A DNA stretch of 64,000 bases from an uncultured Thermodesulfobacteriota bacterium (GCA_964478545.1 CAYZIS010000001.1:7943-71942), one strand, 5' to 3'; counted from the first letter of the stretch, positions 37,635-49,281 are shown. Notes: a model not told the origin generated them from the letters alone. Program-made: numbers and translations.

Positions 37635-37663
37635 GTGCTCTCCTGTATTTTAATCGCTTTCCA

Positions 37664-39016
37664 TCATGAATTTGTAGGGGCGGCACCCTGTGGCCGCCCG
37701 GACAATGGGCAACCACGGGGGGTTGCCCCTACGATTGCAGTTTCTCTTCTAATATCAGCACCAAGAACCTGCAATTTTTTTTCAAACTGGTAATATCCCC
37801 GATCCAGATGATAAACCCGGGAGACAATGGTTTCTCCTTCTGCTGCCAGACCTGCCAATACCAAGCTGGCACTGGCCCGAAGGTCGGAGGCCATAACCGG
37901 AGCACCGGAAAGCTTATTAGACCCTTTAATAATGGCGCTGCGCCCCTCAACTTCAATATCAGCACCCATACGCTGCAACTCAAAAACATGCATAAAACGA
38001 TTCTCAAAGACCGTTTCCGTAATCACACTGGTTCCCCGGGCCAAACACATGAGTACCATAAACTGGGCTTGAACATCAGTCGCAAAGCCGGGATAAGGCA
38101 TGGTCTTCACATCAATACCTGTAAGAGGTCGCTGGCTTACAACTCGGACATCAACACCACTATGACCCAATTCTCCCTTTTTACCCACTGGACTAATTAC
38201 CAATCCGGCTTCCTGCAATTTAGCAACCTCCGCCGCCATTTTGGCAAGAGGACAGTTTTTAATCAAAAAATCACCATTAGTCACTCCACAGGCCACTACC
38301 AGGGTCGCAGCTTCGATGCGATCCGGCATGATTTCATACTCCACCGGATGGAGTTTATTCACCCCCTCAATAGTGATGGTAGACGTTCCTTCGCCCACAA
38401 TTTCAGCTCCCATCTGCCGCAGGCAGATGGCCAGATCACACACTTCCGGCTCCCGGGCGGCATTGCGCAAAACCGTTGTTCCATGAGCCAGAGTTGCAGC
38501 CATCATCAAATTTTCCGTGCCGGTCACCGTCGGCAGGTCAAAAGTAATATCAGCACCATGAAGCCGCTGGGCTTGACCATAGATAAATCCATGCTCTACT
38601 TTTATGCTTGCACCCATCATTTCCAGGCCGCTAATATGCAGGTTGACCGGCCGGGCGCCAATGGCACAACCACCCGGCAGTGAGACAGCAGCCTCACCAA
38701 AACGGGCCAGCAAGGGGCCGAGAACCAGAATCGAAGCCCGCATGGTCTTTACCAAATCATAAGAAGCTTCCAGGATTGAAACACCGGAAGCATCAATTTC
38801 AACCACCTCTTCATGAGCATAAACCTTTGCGCCCATGGTTGAAAGCAATGTACAGATGGTTGAGATATCCCGTAGACGGGGAACATTACTAAATCTGCTG
38901 CTGCCTGCGGAAACCAGCAGGCTGGAAGCAAGAATAGGTAAGGCGGCATTTTTAGCCCCACTGACTGCCACTTCTCCAGCCAGCCTATGTCCACCTTTGA
39001 CTATGATTTTATCCAT
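37664..39016 (-). CDS. murA: UDP-N-acetylglucosamine 1-carboxyvinyltransferase with a ~25-aa C-terminal extension encoded by a GC-rich palindromic element
   Basis: '[29 protein letters not shown]' with catalytic Cys 'PGGCAIG'. The C-terminus reads through the palindrome 37674-37732 before the stop. Confidence 0.9.
   Translation of the reverse strand: MDKIIVKGGHRLAGEVAVSGAKNAALPILASSLLVSAGSSRFSNVPRLRDISTICTLLSTMGAKVYAHEEVVEIDASGVSILEASYDLVKTMRASILVLGPLLARFGEAAVSLPGGCAIGARPVNLHISGLEMMGASIKVEHGFIYGQAQRLHGADITFDLPTVTGTENLMMAATLAHGTTVLRNAAREPEVCDLAICLRQMGAEIVGEGTSTITIEGVNKLHPVEYEIMPDRIEAATLVVACGVTNGDFLIKNCPLAKMAAEVAKLQEAGLVISPVGKKGELGHSGVDVRVVSQRPLTGIDVKTMPYPGFATDVQAQFMVLMCLARGTSVITETVFENRFMHVFELQRMGADIEVEGRSAIIKGSNKLSGAPVMASDLRASASLVLAGLAAEGETIVSRVYHLDRGYYQFEKKLQVLGADIRRETAIVGATPRGCPLSGRPQGAAPTNS
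37674..37732. repeat. GC-rich palindromic (REP-like) element inside the murA 3' end (GTAGGGGCGGCACCCTGTGGCCGCC...GGGCAACCACGGGGGGTTGCCCCTAC)
   Basis: The terminal 8-bp inverted repeats GTAGGGGC/GCCCCTAC and the internal inverted repeats are read directly from the sequence. Confidence 0.6.
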
Positions 39017-39879
39017 CGCCCGATAACTACCCTTTCTATTCCCTGAAGATCCAAAGCCGTATCTAAACTATGGGGATTCTGCTCAGCCAACAGTACTCTT
39101 ACTTTTTCCGCCTGGCCATCTCCCACTTCTACCAGCAGAAAACCTCCGGCCGGCAGTAGAGTTGAAATCCTTTGGCTTATCACCCGATAATAATCCAGGC
39201 CGTCAGCCCCCCCATCCAGGGCATTTCGAGGCTCTTTCCTGACTTCTGTGGCCAAACTTTCCAACTCCACCGTAGGAATATATGGTGGGTTGCTAAGAAT
39301 GATATTCCAGCTCTGATCCGGCTCAGGCCGGACGGCAGCCAGATCGGCTACGGAGAATACAACCCGTTCCAATTTCAGCAGCCTGGCATTGTTGCTGGCG
39401 GTTTCCACCGCCTTGGAGCTAAGATCAAATCCCAACCAGTTAAACCCGGCATGGGCTTGAAAATGGTGAGCCAGGGACAGGAGAATATTGCCGCTACCAG
39501 TACCTAAATCCACCACGGTTCCGCCAGTTGAATAATGCTGACTTATAATGGCAATGGCGGCCTCAACCAGATGCTCAGTTTCGGGACGTGGAATAAGCAC
39601 TTCCGGATTCACCATGAAGGGTAAAGACCAGAACTCTTTTTGCCCGAGAATATAGGCAATGGGCTCCCGTTCCCGCCGCCTGATAAGTAATTTTTTAAAA
39701 GCTGCCCGTTCCGCGGCCGAAGTTGGCCGGTCATAGTTCAAATATAAATCAATTCGATCACAAGACAGCACCTTGGCCAGCAACAGTTCTACATCAAGTC
39801 GTGGCGTACTGACACCATATTTCTGCAGATAAGGGACTGCCCAACTCAACAATTTTATTACCGTCCAGCTTTCACTCAT
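39001..39879 (-). CDS. prmC: release factor glutamine N5-methyltransferase (HemK)
   Basis: 'DLGTGSGNI', 'NPPYIP'. Confidence 0.9.
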   Translation of the reverse strand: MSESWTVIKLLSWAVPYLQKYGVSTPRLDVELLLAKVLSCDRIDLYLNYDRPTSAAERAAFKKLLIRRREREPIAYILGQKEFWSLPFMVNPEVLIPRPETEHLVEAAIAIISQHYSTGGTVVDLGTGSGNILLSLAHHFQAHAGFNWLGFDLSSKAVETASNNARLLKLERVVFSVADLAAVRPEPDQSWNIILSNPPYIPTVELESLATEVRKEPRNALDGGADGLDYYRVISQRISTLLPAGGFLLVEVGDGQAEKVRVLLAEQNPHSLDTALDLQGIERVVIGRWIKS

Positions 39880-40949
39880 CCCTGTCCGGCCTTCAATGCC
39901 TCAGCCTGATAAAAGGTCGTCAATGCTTCAATGATCTCATCAAGATCCCCGGCCATCACTTGGTCAAGCTTATGTAAAGTCAGACCTATACGATGATCTG
40001 TAACCCTCCCTTGGGGAAAATTGTAGGTGCGTATCCGTTCACTTCGATCCCCGGAACCCACCTGCTGACGCCGATCAGCGGAAATCTGATCATGTTGTTC
40101 CTGCTGCTTCAGATCAAATAACCTGGCTTTGAGAATCTGCATACCCTTCGCCTTATTTTTGTGCTGCGATTTCTCATCCTGGCAGGAAACCACCAATCCA
40201 GTGGGAATATGGGTTATCCGCACAGCTGAGTCCGTAGTATTAACACTTTGTCCTCCGGGCCCGGAAGCCCGGTAAACATCAATCCGCAAATCATTGGGAT
40301 TAATGTTAAGCTCTACATCATCCGCTTCAGGTAATATTGCCACGGTCACCGCGGAGGTATGGATACGACCCTGGGATTCAGTAGAAGGAACCCGTTGAAC
40401 CCGGTGAACGCCGCTTTCATATTTCAGCTGACTGTACACCCGCTTCCCCTGGACCAGAGCAATAACTTCCTTGAATCCACCAACTCCAATCATATTCTGG
40501 CTTAAAATTTCAACTTTCCAGTGGCGCTGATCGGCATAACGACTATACATGCGAAACAGGTCCGCAGCAAACAGGGCTGCCTCATCACCACCGGTTCCAG
40601 CACGGATTTCGAGCACCACATTCTTCTCATCATTGGGATCCTTAGGCAGCAGCAGGTGGCGCAGCTTATGCACCAGCAATTCTTTCTTTCCCAATAAATC
40701 CGGCAATTCTTCCTGGGCCAGGGATTTCAATTCTTCATCATCACCCTGAATAAACCCCTGATATTCCTCCAATTCCGCTTCAACCTCTTTATATTCACGG
40801 TAGGACATCACTACGGGACGTAATTCCGCCGCTTGTTTCGCCGTGGATCGAAATCGTTTGGGGTCAACCGCAATCTCCGGCTGCATCATTTCCCGTTCCA
40901 AATCAATAAATCTTTCTTCCACTTCACCTAGCTTAGAAAACATAATCAC
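39876..40949 (-). CDS. prfA: peptide chain release factor 1
   Basis: '[22 protein letters not shown]' (GGQ motif). PVT-type RF1. Confidence 0.92.
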   Translation of the reverse strand: MIMFSKLGEVEERFIDLEREMMQPEIAVDPKRFRSTAKQAAELRPVVMSYREYKEVEAELEEYQGFIQGDDEELKSLAQEELPDLLGKKELLVHKLRHLLLPKDPNDEKNVVLEIRAGTGGDEAALFAADLFRMYSRYADQRHWKVEILSQNMIGVGGFKEVIALVQGKRVYSQLKYESGVHRVQRVPSTESQGRIHTSAVTVAILPEADDVELNINPNDLRIDVYRASGPGGQSVNTTDSAVRITHIPTGLVVSCQDEKSQHKNKAKGMQILKARLFDLKQQEQHDQISADRRQQVGSGDRSERIRTYNFPQGRVTDHRIGLTLHKLDQVMAGDLDEIIEALTTFYQAEALKAGQG

Positions 40950-41070
40950 GACCTTTGGAAATTTTCACCAAAAAAACAAAAAGCAGGGCGCCTATAGACC
41001 CTGCCTGCAACCGTTGTATAACTATTTCATTTTCCACCATCACCAGCCGGTGAAAGTTTCGCCTGGAATT

Positions 41071-41760
41071 CTACTCCAATTTACCAAATTCCAACCGCAC
41101 AACCTTCACCTCCCCGCAACTCATTGGCCCTTCCGGGCAAGGTCCGGAAAGACAGGCTGGACCGGCATCATGAAAAAGTGGAAATGCAATCTTCCTCAAC
41201 TGGCGTAATATCTCCGTGGCCAGCGCTCTGATTTCCCACTGGGCCCGACGACAGCAACGAAGCCGAAAAAAATGACGCAACTCCCGGGCATTCATGGTCA
41301 TCACCAACCGGGTATCAGCAGCATTGGGAAGGACAAACCTCGCATCTTCAGCCGGAATGTCCCGTTTGCGCAGGTGGCGATAAAGCTCTGCCAGCTGCCC
41401 CATCATTCTATCATATTCCCGATGTAAAGATTCATTTTGCAGGATAGACGGTGGAACTTGATAGGAAAAGCCCTCATCAAAGCTGACATATCGCTGGCTT
41501 TGCTGGGAAAAGGAAGCTAGACGATGCCGGACCAACTGGTGGCTGAGTACCCGGGAAACCCCTTCAATTCCAAGAGAAAATGAAGCGTGCTCCAACACGG
41601 ACTCATGCCCCAGAGCTAAAACTTTTCCAATCAACTGCTGGTCTTCGTCAAGGGTACTACACCGCAGATTCTCAATATCCAAGGACGAATAGCACAGGCG
41701 GGCAGCCATGGCCACCACTTTTACCGGCTCTGCCGTATGAGCAAGGACAGTAACCTGCAA
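41071..41760 (-). CDS. thyX: FAD-dependent thymidylate synthase
   Basis: ThyX signature 'RHRLASFSQQSQRY'. Confidence 0.85.
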   Translation of the reverse strand: MQVTVLAHTAEPVKVVAMAARLCYSSLDIENLRCSTLDEDQQLIGKVLALGHESVLEHASFSLGIEGVSRVLSHQLVRHRLASFSQQSQRYVSFDEGFSYQVPPSILQNESLHREYDRMMGQLAELYRHLRKRDIPAEDARFVLPNAADTRLVMTMNARELRHFFRLRCCRRAQWEIRALATEILRQLRKIAFPLFHDAGPACLSGPCPEGPMSCGEVKVVRLEFGKLE

Positions 41761-41763
41761 GAA

Positions 41764-41970
41764 CTAATTTTCCGCTTTGCCGTATTTACGCCGGAACTTC
41801 TCTATCCGACCAGCTGTATCAAGCAATTTCTGCTTACCGGTATAAAAAGGATGACACTCAGAACAAATCTCAACCTTTATCTCCGGGATGGTTGCTCGGG
41901 TTTCGAAACTGTTTCCACAGGCACACGTTACTTTACAGGTATCATATTTAGGATGTATATCTTTCTTCAT
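41764..41970 (-). CDS. rpmE: 50S ribosomal protein L31
   Basis: 'MKKDIHPKY...CxxC...[12 protein letters not shown]'. Confidence 0.92.
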   Translation of the reverse strand: MKKDIHPKYDTCKVTCACGNSFETRATIPEIKVEICSECHPFYTGKQKLLDTAGRIEKFRRKYGKAEN

Positions 41971-42169
41971 GAGCTACTCTCAACCTCCTGTTCGGCGCAT
42001 TTTTCAATGCGCTGGTATTTAATGTGACAAATTAAAACAAGTAGTTAGCCGGAACTGGCTGTTTTTGTCAATTATTTTTTTCTCTTTTAGTAACATACTC
42101 CTGAATTTCTGTCACTCTTTTCAGTACCCCCTTGAGGGGTATAAAAAACAAGAAAATTCCACTTTCCGT

Positions 42170-42330
42170 CTAGCATTGTCGGGAATACATTTCAGGATGT
42201 TCGGGCTTGGCTAGCAGCGGGTTTGGCTGCCGAACGAATCACCAGGACGGTGATTCGCGGCGGACGCCTCGGAGCCGGCCATGGACGGCCGGCGAGAATG
42301 AGCGAAAGCCATGCCGGAACATCCTCAGAA
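42170..42330 (+). repeat. Family-1 repeat, long form (core 42193-42326)
   Basis: 'CAGGATGTTCGGGCTTGGCTAGCAGCGGGTTTGGCTGCCGAACGAATCACCAGGACGGTGATTCGCGGCGGACGCCTCGGAGCCGGCCATGGACGGCCGGCGAGAATGAGCGAAAGCCATGCCGGAACATCCTC'. The left flank 'GCATTGTCGGGAATACAT' is shared with copy 1. Confidence 0.8.
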
Positions 42331-42400
42331 AATTTATTTTGGGTTATGGCCGTTGACCTTCCTTGACCTTTTATACGCCATTTTTGCCGCAGCCAGATTC

Positions 42401-43648
42401 CTAACGGTTCATGGAATCAAGAAACTCCGCATTATTTTTGGTGCCTTCCATTTTTTCCATCAAAAATTCCATGCTTTCCACCACTCCCATGGGTTGGAGA
42501 AATTTTCTCAATATCCATACCAGCTGCAGGTCCCGTTTACTCATCAACAAATCTTCTCTTCTGGTGCCTGAACGAGCAATATCAAAGGCAGGAAAAGTCC
42601 GTTTATCTGCCAGTCTCCGATCAAGATGGATCTCCATATTCCCCGTTCCCTTAAATTCTTCAAAAATAACATCATCCATGCGACTGCCGGTTTCAATCAA
42701 GGCGGTTGAAATAATGGTCAGGGAACCACCTTCCTCGATATTTCTGGCTGCGCCGAAAAAGCGCTTTGGTTTATGCAAGGCATTGGAATCAACCCCACCG
42801 GAAAGCACCTTGCCACTGGAAGGAACGATGATATTATATGCCCGTGCCAACCGGGTAATACTATCCAGCAAAATAACCACATCATGCTTATGTTCCACCA
42901 GTCTTTTAGCTTTTTCTACGACCATTTCCGCCACCTGCACATGTCGCTGGGCAGGTTCGTCAAAGGTCGATGATATCACCTCACCGTTTACCGATCGCTG
43001 CATATCAGTCACCTCTTCCGGCCGTTCATCAATAAGCAGGACAATCAGGGTAATCTCGGGATGGTTGGCCGTCAGGCTATTGGCAATATTTTTCAGCAGT
43101 ACGGTTTTACCGGTCCGGGGTGGCGCCACAATCAGGCCACGCTGGCCTTTGCCTATGGGAGTCATCATGTCCATGATCCTCATGGCATAGTTATCGTGCT
43201 CCCGTTCCAAGGTGAAGCGTTCATCAGGAAAAAGGGGGGTCAGATTGTCAAATAAAATTTTATCCCTGGCAATCTCGGGATTTTCATGGTTAACCGCCCG
43301 GACCTTCAAAAGGGCAAAATAACGCTCAGTTTCCTTTGGCGAGCGGATCTGCCCTGAGACGGTATCGCCGGTACGTAAATTAAACCGCCGGATCTGGGAA
43401 GGCGAAACATAAATATCATCTGGGCCTGAAAGGTAATTATAATCCGGAGCCCGCAAAAAACCAAACCCATCAGGGAGAATTTCCAGCACTCCTGAACCTT
43501 GAATCATACCATTTTTATTGGTATGGGCCTGCAGTAAAGCGAAAATCAGGTCCTGCTTGCGCATGCCGGCAGCCCCTTCAACCTTCAATTCCTTGGCCAA
43601 TGCCGTGAGGTCGGAAATCTTCTTGGTTTTCAGTTCGTTTAAATTCAT
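42401..43648 (-). CDS. rho: transcription termination factor Rho
   Basis: N-terminal '[21 protein letters not shown]'. Walker A 'PPRTGKT'. RNA-binding and ATPase domains. Confidence 0.93.
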   Translation of the reverse strand: MNLNELKTKKISDLTALAKELKVEGAAGMRKQDLIFALLQAHTNKNGMIQGSGVLEILPDGFGFLRAPDYNYLSGPDDIYVSPSQIRRFNLRTGDTVSGQIRSPKETERYFALLKVRAVNHENPEIARDKILFDNLTPLFPDERFTLEREHDNYAMRIMDMMTPIGKGQRGLIVAPPRTGKTVLLKNIANSLTANHPEITLIVLLIDERPEEVTDMQRSVNGEVISSTFDEPAQRHVQVAEMVVEKAKRLVEHKHDVVILLDSITRLARAYNIIVPSSGKVLSGGVDSNALHKPKRFFGAARNIEEGGSLTIISTALIETGSRMDDVIFEEFKGTGNMEIHLDRRLADKRTFPAFDIARSGTRREDLLMSKRDLQLVWILRKFLQPMGVVESMEFLMEKMEGTKNNAEFLDSMNR

Positions 43649-44045
43649 AAATATATCCTCAAATAATTAAAAGATAGTTCAAGCAGGGGCGATTCAGGTA
43701 ATAGTCAGCAGCATTTTTTAAGGGAAATATTTTTTCAGCGATAGGACTTGGCCTAATATATCACATTGGTCAATAAGGAAGGTTTTCTCTCAGGAATCTG
43801 ATTACCTGAACAGGAATATGGCTATAAAAACCAACACACAATATATAATAACTAAGTTTCGATTATTTCCTATAGAAACATACCAGAAAGGGATAAGATT
43901 ACAGGTATTGTACTATGCTGGCAAAAAGGGGAGGGAAATTCAATCCCATCGTTAAATTACACTAAGCTTATAACCGATATAATTATTTAACCTGGTTTTG
44001 TCAATCTTTTTTTCTCACTGTTTATTCGGCTCCCCTGATTGGCTT

Positions 44046-44648
44046 TCAGTGTACCGTTTGCAAACAGTGAAAAATATTTTCCACCTGAGTCCTGCTTAAA
44101 GCCAATGAGCTACTGTTATCAATAACGAAATCAGCATATTTACGTTTTTCTTCCGGCGGCATCTGAGAAGACATCTTCAACCGGGCCGTTTCCGCATCAA
44201 TTCCATCCCGTGCCTTAAGGCGTTCCAGCTGAATGGCAACCGGAACATAAACCAGGATAATCTGGTCAAACCAAGATAAAAGATCTTCTTCAATCAGCAA
44301 CGGTACATCAACCATTACCATGCCATCGGGATACTGCCGGCCATACTTCTGCATCTCTTCCCCGGTGATTGACATAATCAGGGGATGCAAAATCTTATTG
44401 AGCCGCTGTCTTTTCCCCTGATCAGCAAATATCAGCTCACCTAGAAACTGCCGATTCAGCTTGCCATCTTCATTAAGCAGGTATTCGCCAAATTCAGCTG
44501 TCAGCTTAGCCAATCCGGGAGAACCCGGCTCCACCACCCGGCGAGCAATGACATCGGTATCAATCACATGGATCCCCAACACAGAAAACATTCTGGCAAT
44601 CGTACTTTTTCCGCTGGCGATGCTGCCGGTTAAACCGATTTTCAGCAT
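44046..44648 (-). CDS. coaE: dephospho-CoA kinase
   Basis: 'IGLTGSIASGKST'. Confidence 0.9.
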   Translation of the reverse strand: MLKIGLTGSIASGKSTIARMFSVLGIHVIDTDVIARRVVEPGSPGLAKLTAEFGEYLLNEDGKLNRQFLGELIFADQGKRQRLNKILHPLIMSITGEEMQKYGRQYPDGMVMVDVPLLIEEDLLSWFDQIILVYVPVAIQLERLKARDGIDAETARLKMSSQMPPEEKRKYADFVIDNSSSLALSRTQVENIFHCLQTVH

Positions 44649-44649
44649 T

Positions 44650-45294
44650 TCATTCCAGCTCCTGCCTTTTCTGAACCAGCAACCATTCTTTCAATTGATG
44701 CAAAGCCTCTCCCCGGTGGCTGATACGCTGTTTTTCAACCAGACTGATTTCAGCCATGGTTTCGCTGAAATCAGGCCCCAGAAGAAAAAGAGGATCATAA
44801 CCAAAGCCTTTATTCCCTTTCATTGATGCAGCTATTCTCCCCTCGCAACGGCCTTCAAACTGGTGAATTTCACCACTTGGCGCTGCCAGTACCATAACAC
44901 AGACAAACCAAGCCTGTCGCTGAATAGCAGGAATATTTTGCAGTTTAGCCAGCAGATAGAGATTATTTTTCAGATTGCCTGCATCGGCCCCGGCATAACG
45001 GGCAGAATAAATGCCTGGTTCACCGTTCAGGCTGGGAACAACAAGGCCGGAATCATCTGCCAAAACCCAGCTGCCGGTTTTTTCGACCGCAAACATGGCT
45101 TTCTGCCTGGCATTGGCAGAAAATGTTTTCCCATTTTCGGGGGGCATTTTTATATCGGCAAAATCTGCTAACGAGTTTAGCGTAATCGGCAAATCGGCGA
45201 GAAGGTTGCGAATTTCACGCAGCTTCCCCTGGTTTCCAGTGGCGACGATAATTTCATGGGGCATCATCTCTTTACGGAGTGACCTTTCATTCAT
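44650..45294 (-). CDS. rdgB: non-canonical purine NTP pyrophosphatase (RdgB/HAM1)
   Basis: '[14 protein letters not shown]', 'FGYDPLF'. Confidence 0.88.
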   Translation of the reverse strand: MNERSLRKEMMPHEIIVATGNQGKLREIRNLLADLPITLNSLADFADIKMPPENGKTFSANARQKAMFAVEKTGSWVLADDSGLVVPSLNGEPGIYSARYAGADAGNLKNNLYLLAKLQNIPAIQRQAWFVCVMVLAAPSGEIHQFEGRCEGRIAASMKGNKGFGYDPLFLLGPDFSETMAEISLVEKQRISHRGEALHQLKEWLLVQKRQELE

Positions 45295-46063
45295 CAGTAT
45301 TCATCACCAGCGATTGAAGCTGCCCAACAAAAACATCAGCATCCATCTGTTTTATTAAATCATTTATTCCCGCCTGTGCCAGAGTCAACATTTCCTGGAG
45401 GGAATCCATCCCAAAAGGTTGTCCTTCAGCAGTCCCCTGAATTTCAACAAATTCACCGCTACCGGTCATGACCACATTCATATCAACTTTGGCCGTCGAG
45501 TCTTCACGATAATCAAGGTCAAGTATCGCCATTTTTTCCGTCATGCCAACGCTGACTGCGGCCAGGGTATCGGTCAGTGGTATCCTCCCGGCCAGCTTAT
45601 GTTCGGCATCCAGTTTCATCAGTGCCAGACCCAAGGCGGCATAGGCCCCGGTAATCGATGCGGTCCTGGTCCCTCCATCCGCCTGCAATACATCACAATC
45701 AATCCAGATGGTCCTCTCCCCCAGGAGATTCAGGTCAACAACCGAACGCAAACTGCGGCCGATAAGCCGCTGAATCTCCATGGTTCTTCCACCCTGTTTT
45801 CCCCGACTCGCCTCCCTCTGATTTCTCGTATGGGTCGAACAGGGCAGCAGGGAGTATTCGGCAGTCAACCAACCGCCCCCCTTCCCTCTGAGAAACCTGG
45901 GAACCGATTCCTCCACGGTTGCGGCACAAAGCACCCTGGTATTGCCAACAGAAATCAGCACCGATCCAGCCGGGTAATCCACATAACCGGGATAGAAACT
46001 TACCGGGCGCAGCTGTTCTGCTTTTCGTTTATCCTGTCGAAGAAAATCTTTTTCCATATTCAA
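45287..46063 (-). CDS. rph: ribonuclease PH
   Basis: RNase PH domain. '[11 protein letters not shown]'. 8-nt overlap with rdgB. Confidence 0.9.
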   Translation of the reverse strand: MNMEKDFLRQDKRKAEQLRPVSFYPGYVDYPAGSVLISVGNTRVLCAATVEESVPRFLRGKGGGWLTAEYSLLPCSTHTRNQREASRGKQGGRTMEIQRLIGRSLRSVVDLNLLGERTIWIDCDVLQADGGTRTASITGAYAALGLALMKLDAEHKLAGRIPLTDTLAAVSVGMTEKMAILDLDYREDSTAKVDMNVVMTGSGEFVEIQGTAEGQPFGMDSLQEMLTLAQAGINDLIKQMDADVFVGQLQSLVMNTDE

Positions 46064-46140
46064 ACCTATTTCCTTTTTATCTTACCTTAATAACTAATCT
46101 ATGCAGTTTTACACAATGAGATTAAAAAAAGAATCTAAAC

Positions 46141-46203
46141 CAGGACATGAAGGTCATAAAAATTTTTAGGCAAACTCTTTATGCTTCATGCTCTTCATGG
46201 TAA
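46141..46203. mobile_element. gene-less miniature derived from the GxxExxY cassette ends (GGACATGAAG...CTTCATGCTCTTCATGGTA)
   Basis: 14-mer CTTCATGCTCTTCA + TGGTA is shared with 16430-16456. GGACATGAAG is shared with 16043-16052. Confidence 0.55.
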
Positions 46204-46349
46204 TAACATTTTCAACGTGTTTTACTCAGTACTGTCCGGTATGCTTTTTGCGTCGTGTTCAATATCGGCAACCGGTGCTGTTTCAAGCGCGACATCGTGA
46301 GATGCCGTTGCTTTTCCCGGCGATTGGAGCGTGAAAGTTGCCATGTTTG

Positions 46350-46470
46350 AGCCCTACAGGGCGAGTTTGGCAACTTTAGCGCAATGAGCCGCTGGAAAAG
46401 CAGGCAATCGAGCGCCAAAAAGCGCTGAAATCAGCTCCGGTTGACAGTATGCAACTTTCTAACCAGACAC
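46350..46470 (+). repeat. Family-4 conserved element, copy B
   Basis: 'AACTTTAGCGCAATGAGCCGCTGGAAAAGCAGGCAATCGAGCGCCAAAAAGCGCTGAAATCAGCTCCGGTTGACAGTATGCAACTTTCTAACC' against 9961-10050. Confidence 0.5.
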
Positions 46471-46566
46471 TGCTGTGTTTTACTATGGCATAAACTTTTT
46501 TGCTTGCACCTACGCCGAGTGAGGTTACAATCATGACTATCCCGATCATTATTTTCTCATTATGAA

Positions 46567-46612
46567 AAAAGGTGACTATTATTCCTGCAACAGGAATCAC
46601 AGTCACCTTTTG
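46567..46612 (-). terminator. rho-independent terminator of the por/nuo operon (AAAAGGTGACTATTATTCCTG-CAA-CAGGAATCACAGTCACCTTTT)
   Basis: 19/21-bp stem with a U-tract on the minus strand, 26 bp after the stop of the NuoG-like gene. Confidence 0.75.
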
Positions 46613-46637
46613 AAACTAAAAACGGTTGAACAATCAC

Positions 46638-47366
46638 CTATTTTTTCATTGCCCGGCAGTCCCGGCACAAATCAAAAAAATCCTCCGGCAAGTCATACTT
46701 CTTCTGGATAAAACGCAGTTGAAAATCCGGAGCAAATTCCATCCCACATTCGCTGCAAGTCCGCAGTTTCAACACCCGGGACCAACGGTCGATGATCTTC
46801 TCCTCACCATTCTCCTGAATCTGAATGGCGTTGGTGGGGCAGACATAGACACAAGCACCGCAGCCGATGCACGATTCTGCCTCTTCTCCAAAGGGAGGAA
46901 CCACCACCCGTTCAGTTCCGCGCTGGGCAAAGGTAATGGCATTGGCACCAACAATTTCCCGGCAGACACGTTCACACAGACCACAGAGAATACAATCATC
47001 ATAATGAAGCTCGAAAGGGGAGCTTTCAATACCATATTCAACCGCTAGCTGATTCAACTTCGGAGAAGTATTGCAACGGGCCAACAACAGCTTCAGCACC
47101 ATCCGCCTTACCTTCCTGACTTTCTCCGTGTCCGTCTCCACCTCAATGGGATCAGTTATCGGATAATTACAGGAGGTAGTCAATGTCCGGCGGCCGTTTT
47201 TAATAACTTCAACCTGGCATAGGCGACATGCCCCGTAGGGTTCGAGAAGTTCATGATAACATAAAGTAGGGATAACAACTTGATTTGCTTTCGCTGCTTC
47301 CAGGATTGTCGTCCCTTCTTCCACCTGAACTTTTTTTCCATTTATCGCTATTTCTACCATCATCAT
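46638..47366 (-). CDS. NuoG/HoxU-like N-terminal iron-sulfur protein ([2Fe-2S] + His-ligated [4Fe-4S] + [4Fe-4S]), 242 aa
   Basis: 'CYHELLEPYGACRLCQVEV', 'CILCGLCERVCRE', 'CIGCGACVYVCP'. Confidence 0.8.
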   Translation of the reverse strand: MMMVEIAINGKKVQVEEGTTILEAAKANQVVIPTLCYHELLEPYGACRLCQVEVIKNGRRTLTTSCNYPITDPIEVETDTEKVRKVRRMVLKLLLARCNTSPKLNQLAVEYGIESSPFELHYDDCILCGLCERVCREIVGANAITFAQRGTERVVVPPFGEEAESCIGCGACVYVCPTNAIQIQENGEEKIIDRWSRVLKLRTCSECGMEFAPDFQLRFIQKKYDLPEDFFDLCRDCRAMKK

Positions 47367-47398
47367 TCCCCTTTGCTATGGATGGGATACAAAACTCA

Positions 47399-49249
47399 TC
47401 AGATAATTTTCACCGCATCAAACTTACAGGCATCGTAACACATCCCGCATTTAATACACTTCTCCTGATCAATTTCGTGAGGCTCTTTTTTCTTTCCATG
47501 AGCTGCACCAACCGGGCATACCCGGGCACACTTATGGCAACCGGTACAAGCGTCAGGATCAATCTCAAAATGAATCAAATCTTTACAGACGCCAGCTGGA
47601 CATTTTTTGTCAATGATGTGAGCAAGATATTCATCGCGGAAATAACGCAGGGTACTCAAAACTGGATTCGGCGCCGTTTTTCCCAAGCCACACATGGAAC
47701 CTTCTTGGACCACAAAGGCCAGTTCCTCCAGCAATTCAAGGTCACTCAACTCCCCTTCACCCCGGGTTATCCTATCAAGAATCTCATACATCCTTAGGAT
47801 GCCTTCGCGGCAGGTGGTACATTTACCACAGGATTCACCCTTGAGGAAATTGAGAAAATATTTGGCCACGTCCACCATGCAGGTGCGATCGTCCATGACG
47901 ATCATACCACCAGAACCCATCATGGAGCCCACCTTGCCAAGCTCATCAAAATCAACTTGGATGTCAAGATGCTCTTCCGGAATACAACCACCGGAAGGTC
48001 CGCCGGTCTGGACTGCTTTAAAGGCTCGACCACCGGGAATGCCACCGCCAATATCAAAAATAATCTCACGCAGTGAGATACCCATTGGAACTTCAACCAG
48101 CCCGCTATTATTAACCTTTCCCACTAGAGAAAAGATTTTTGTTCCAGGACTTCCTTTGGTTCCAATGCTCCGGAACCATTTAGCCCCTTTATCAATAATC
48201 ACTGGGATATTGGCCCAGGTTTCCACATTATTCAATACCGTCGGTTTCCCCCATAGGCCGCTTTCGGCCATGTGAATATGCTTTGCCCGCGGTTCACCGA
48301 CCTGGCCCTCAATGGAGGCAATCAGGGCACTGGACTCACCGCAGACGAAAGCCCCACCACCACGACTAATCTTAATATCAAAATTGAAACCACTGCCAAG
48401 AATATTCTGTCCCAACAAACCCATTTTCCGGGCGGCATCTATGGCTATGGTCAAATTGGCAACTGCCAGTGGATATTCATGGCGCACATACACATAGCCA
48501 TCCGTAGCATCGACAGCATAGGCACCAAGCAGCATCCCCTCAATAACTGCATGGGGGTTTCCTTCGAGAAGGCTGCGATCCATGTAGGCCCCAGGATCGC
48601 CCTCGTCAGCGTTGCAAATCACATATTTAACCTCGGATTCAACATTCCTGGTAGATTCCCATTTCCTACCAGTGGGAAACCCACCACCGCCACGGCCTCG
48701 CAGGCCCGAGCTTATCACTTCATCCAAAACCCCAGCCGCGGTCATGTCGGTTAAGGCTTTTGCCAGCGCCTGATAACCACCTATGGCCAGATAGTCATCG
48801 ATGCTTGTCGGATCGATCAAGCCATTACTGCCAAAAATAATCCGTTTCTGCAATTTATAAAACGGGACATCCTTCTCCAGAGAAATCTTCTCTTCGCTAC
48901 CCGGCAAAGCATAGAGCAACGACTCAATAACTTTCCCCTTCTGCACCGTCTTGGCAATAATTTCAGGAACGTCCTCAACCTTCACTTTATTATAGAACAC
49001 CCCCTGGGGATTAATAACTACCAGCGGACCCCGTTCACAAAAGCCATGACAACCGGTTGCTTTGACCTCAACTTGGTCAAGACCCTGCTTATCCAATTCC
49101 TGCTGCATGGCATCCACCACATTGGAGCAGCCATGGGCTTGACAGCCGGTACCAGCACAGATGGTAATTACTGTTCGTTGGGGATCCCGGGCTGCCACAC
49201 ATTCCTGGCGATAGGCTTCCAGCCCCTGAGCTGATTGTATTCTTTTCAT
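47399..49249 (-). CDS. NuoF/HndC-like NAD(P)H-binding flavoprotein with N-terminal thioredoxin-like [2Fe-2S] and C-terminal 2x[4Fe-4S] domains
   Basis: 'GRGGGGFPTGRKW' (FMN/NADH site). 'ESCGKCTTCREG' [4Fe-4S]. C-terminal 'CTGCHKCARVCP...CIKCGMCYDACK'. Confidence 0.88.
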   Translation of the reverse strand: MKRIQSAQGLEAYRQECVAARDPQRTVITICAGTGCQAHGCSNVVDAMQQELDKQGLDQVEVKATGCHGFCERGPLVVINPQGVFYNKVKVEDVPEIIAKTVQKGKVIESLLYALPGSEEKISLEKDVPFYKLQKRIIFGSNGLIDPTSIDDYLAIGGYQALAKALTDMTAAGVLDEVISSGLRGRGGGGFPTGRKWESTRNVESEVKYVICNADEGDPGAYMDRSLLEGNPHAVIEGMLLGAYAVDATDGYVYVRHEYPLAVANLTIAIDAARKMGLLGQNILGSGFNFDIKISRGGGAFVCGESSALIASIEGQVGEPRAKHIHMAESGLWGKPTVLNNVETWANIPVIIDKGAKWFRSIGTKGSPGTKIFSLVGKVNNSGLVEVPMGISLREIIFDIGGGIPGGRAFKAVQTGGPSGGCIPEEHLDIQVDFDELGKVGSMMGSGGMIVMDDRTCMVDVAKYFLNFLKGESCGKCTTCREGILRMYEILDRITRGEGELSDLELLEELAFVVQEGSMCGLGKTAPNPVLSTLRYFRDEYLAHIIDKKCPAGVCKDLIHFEIDPDACTGCHKCARVCPVGAAHGKKKEPHEIDQEKCIKCGMCYDACKFDAVKII

Positions 49250-49281
49250 GGGAAATATCCTTTTTCAGTTAGCGCAGAACA

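Noticed and set aside
42411-43190. 259-aa plus-strand ORF
   Set aside because: Antisense to rho.
46376-46400. Sigma-54 promoter inside Family-4 copy B (TGGAAAAGCAGGCAATCG)
   Set aside because: Copy A lacks the GG dinucleotide and -12 is not TTGC, so this is a chance resemblance.
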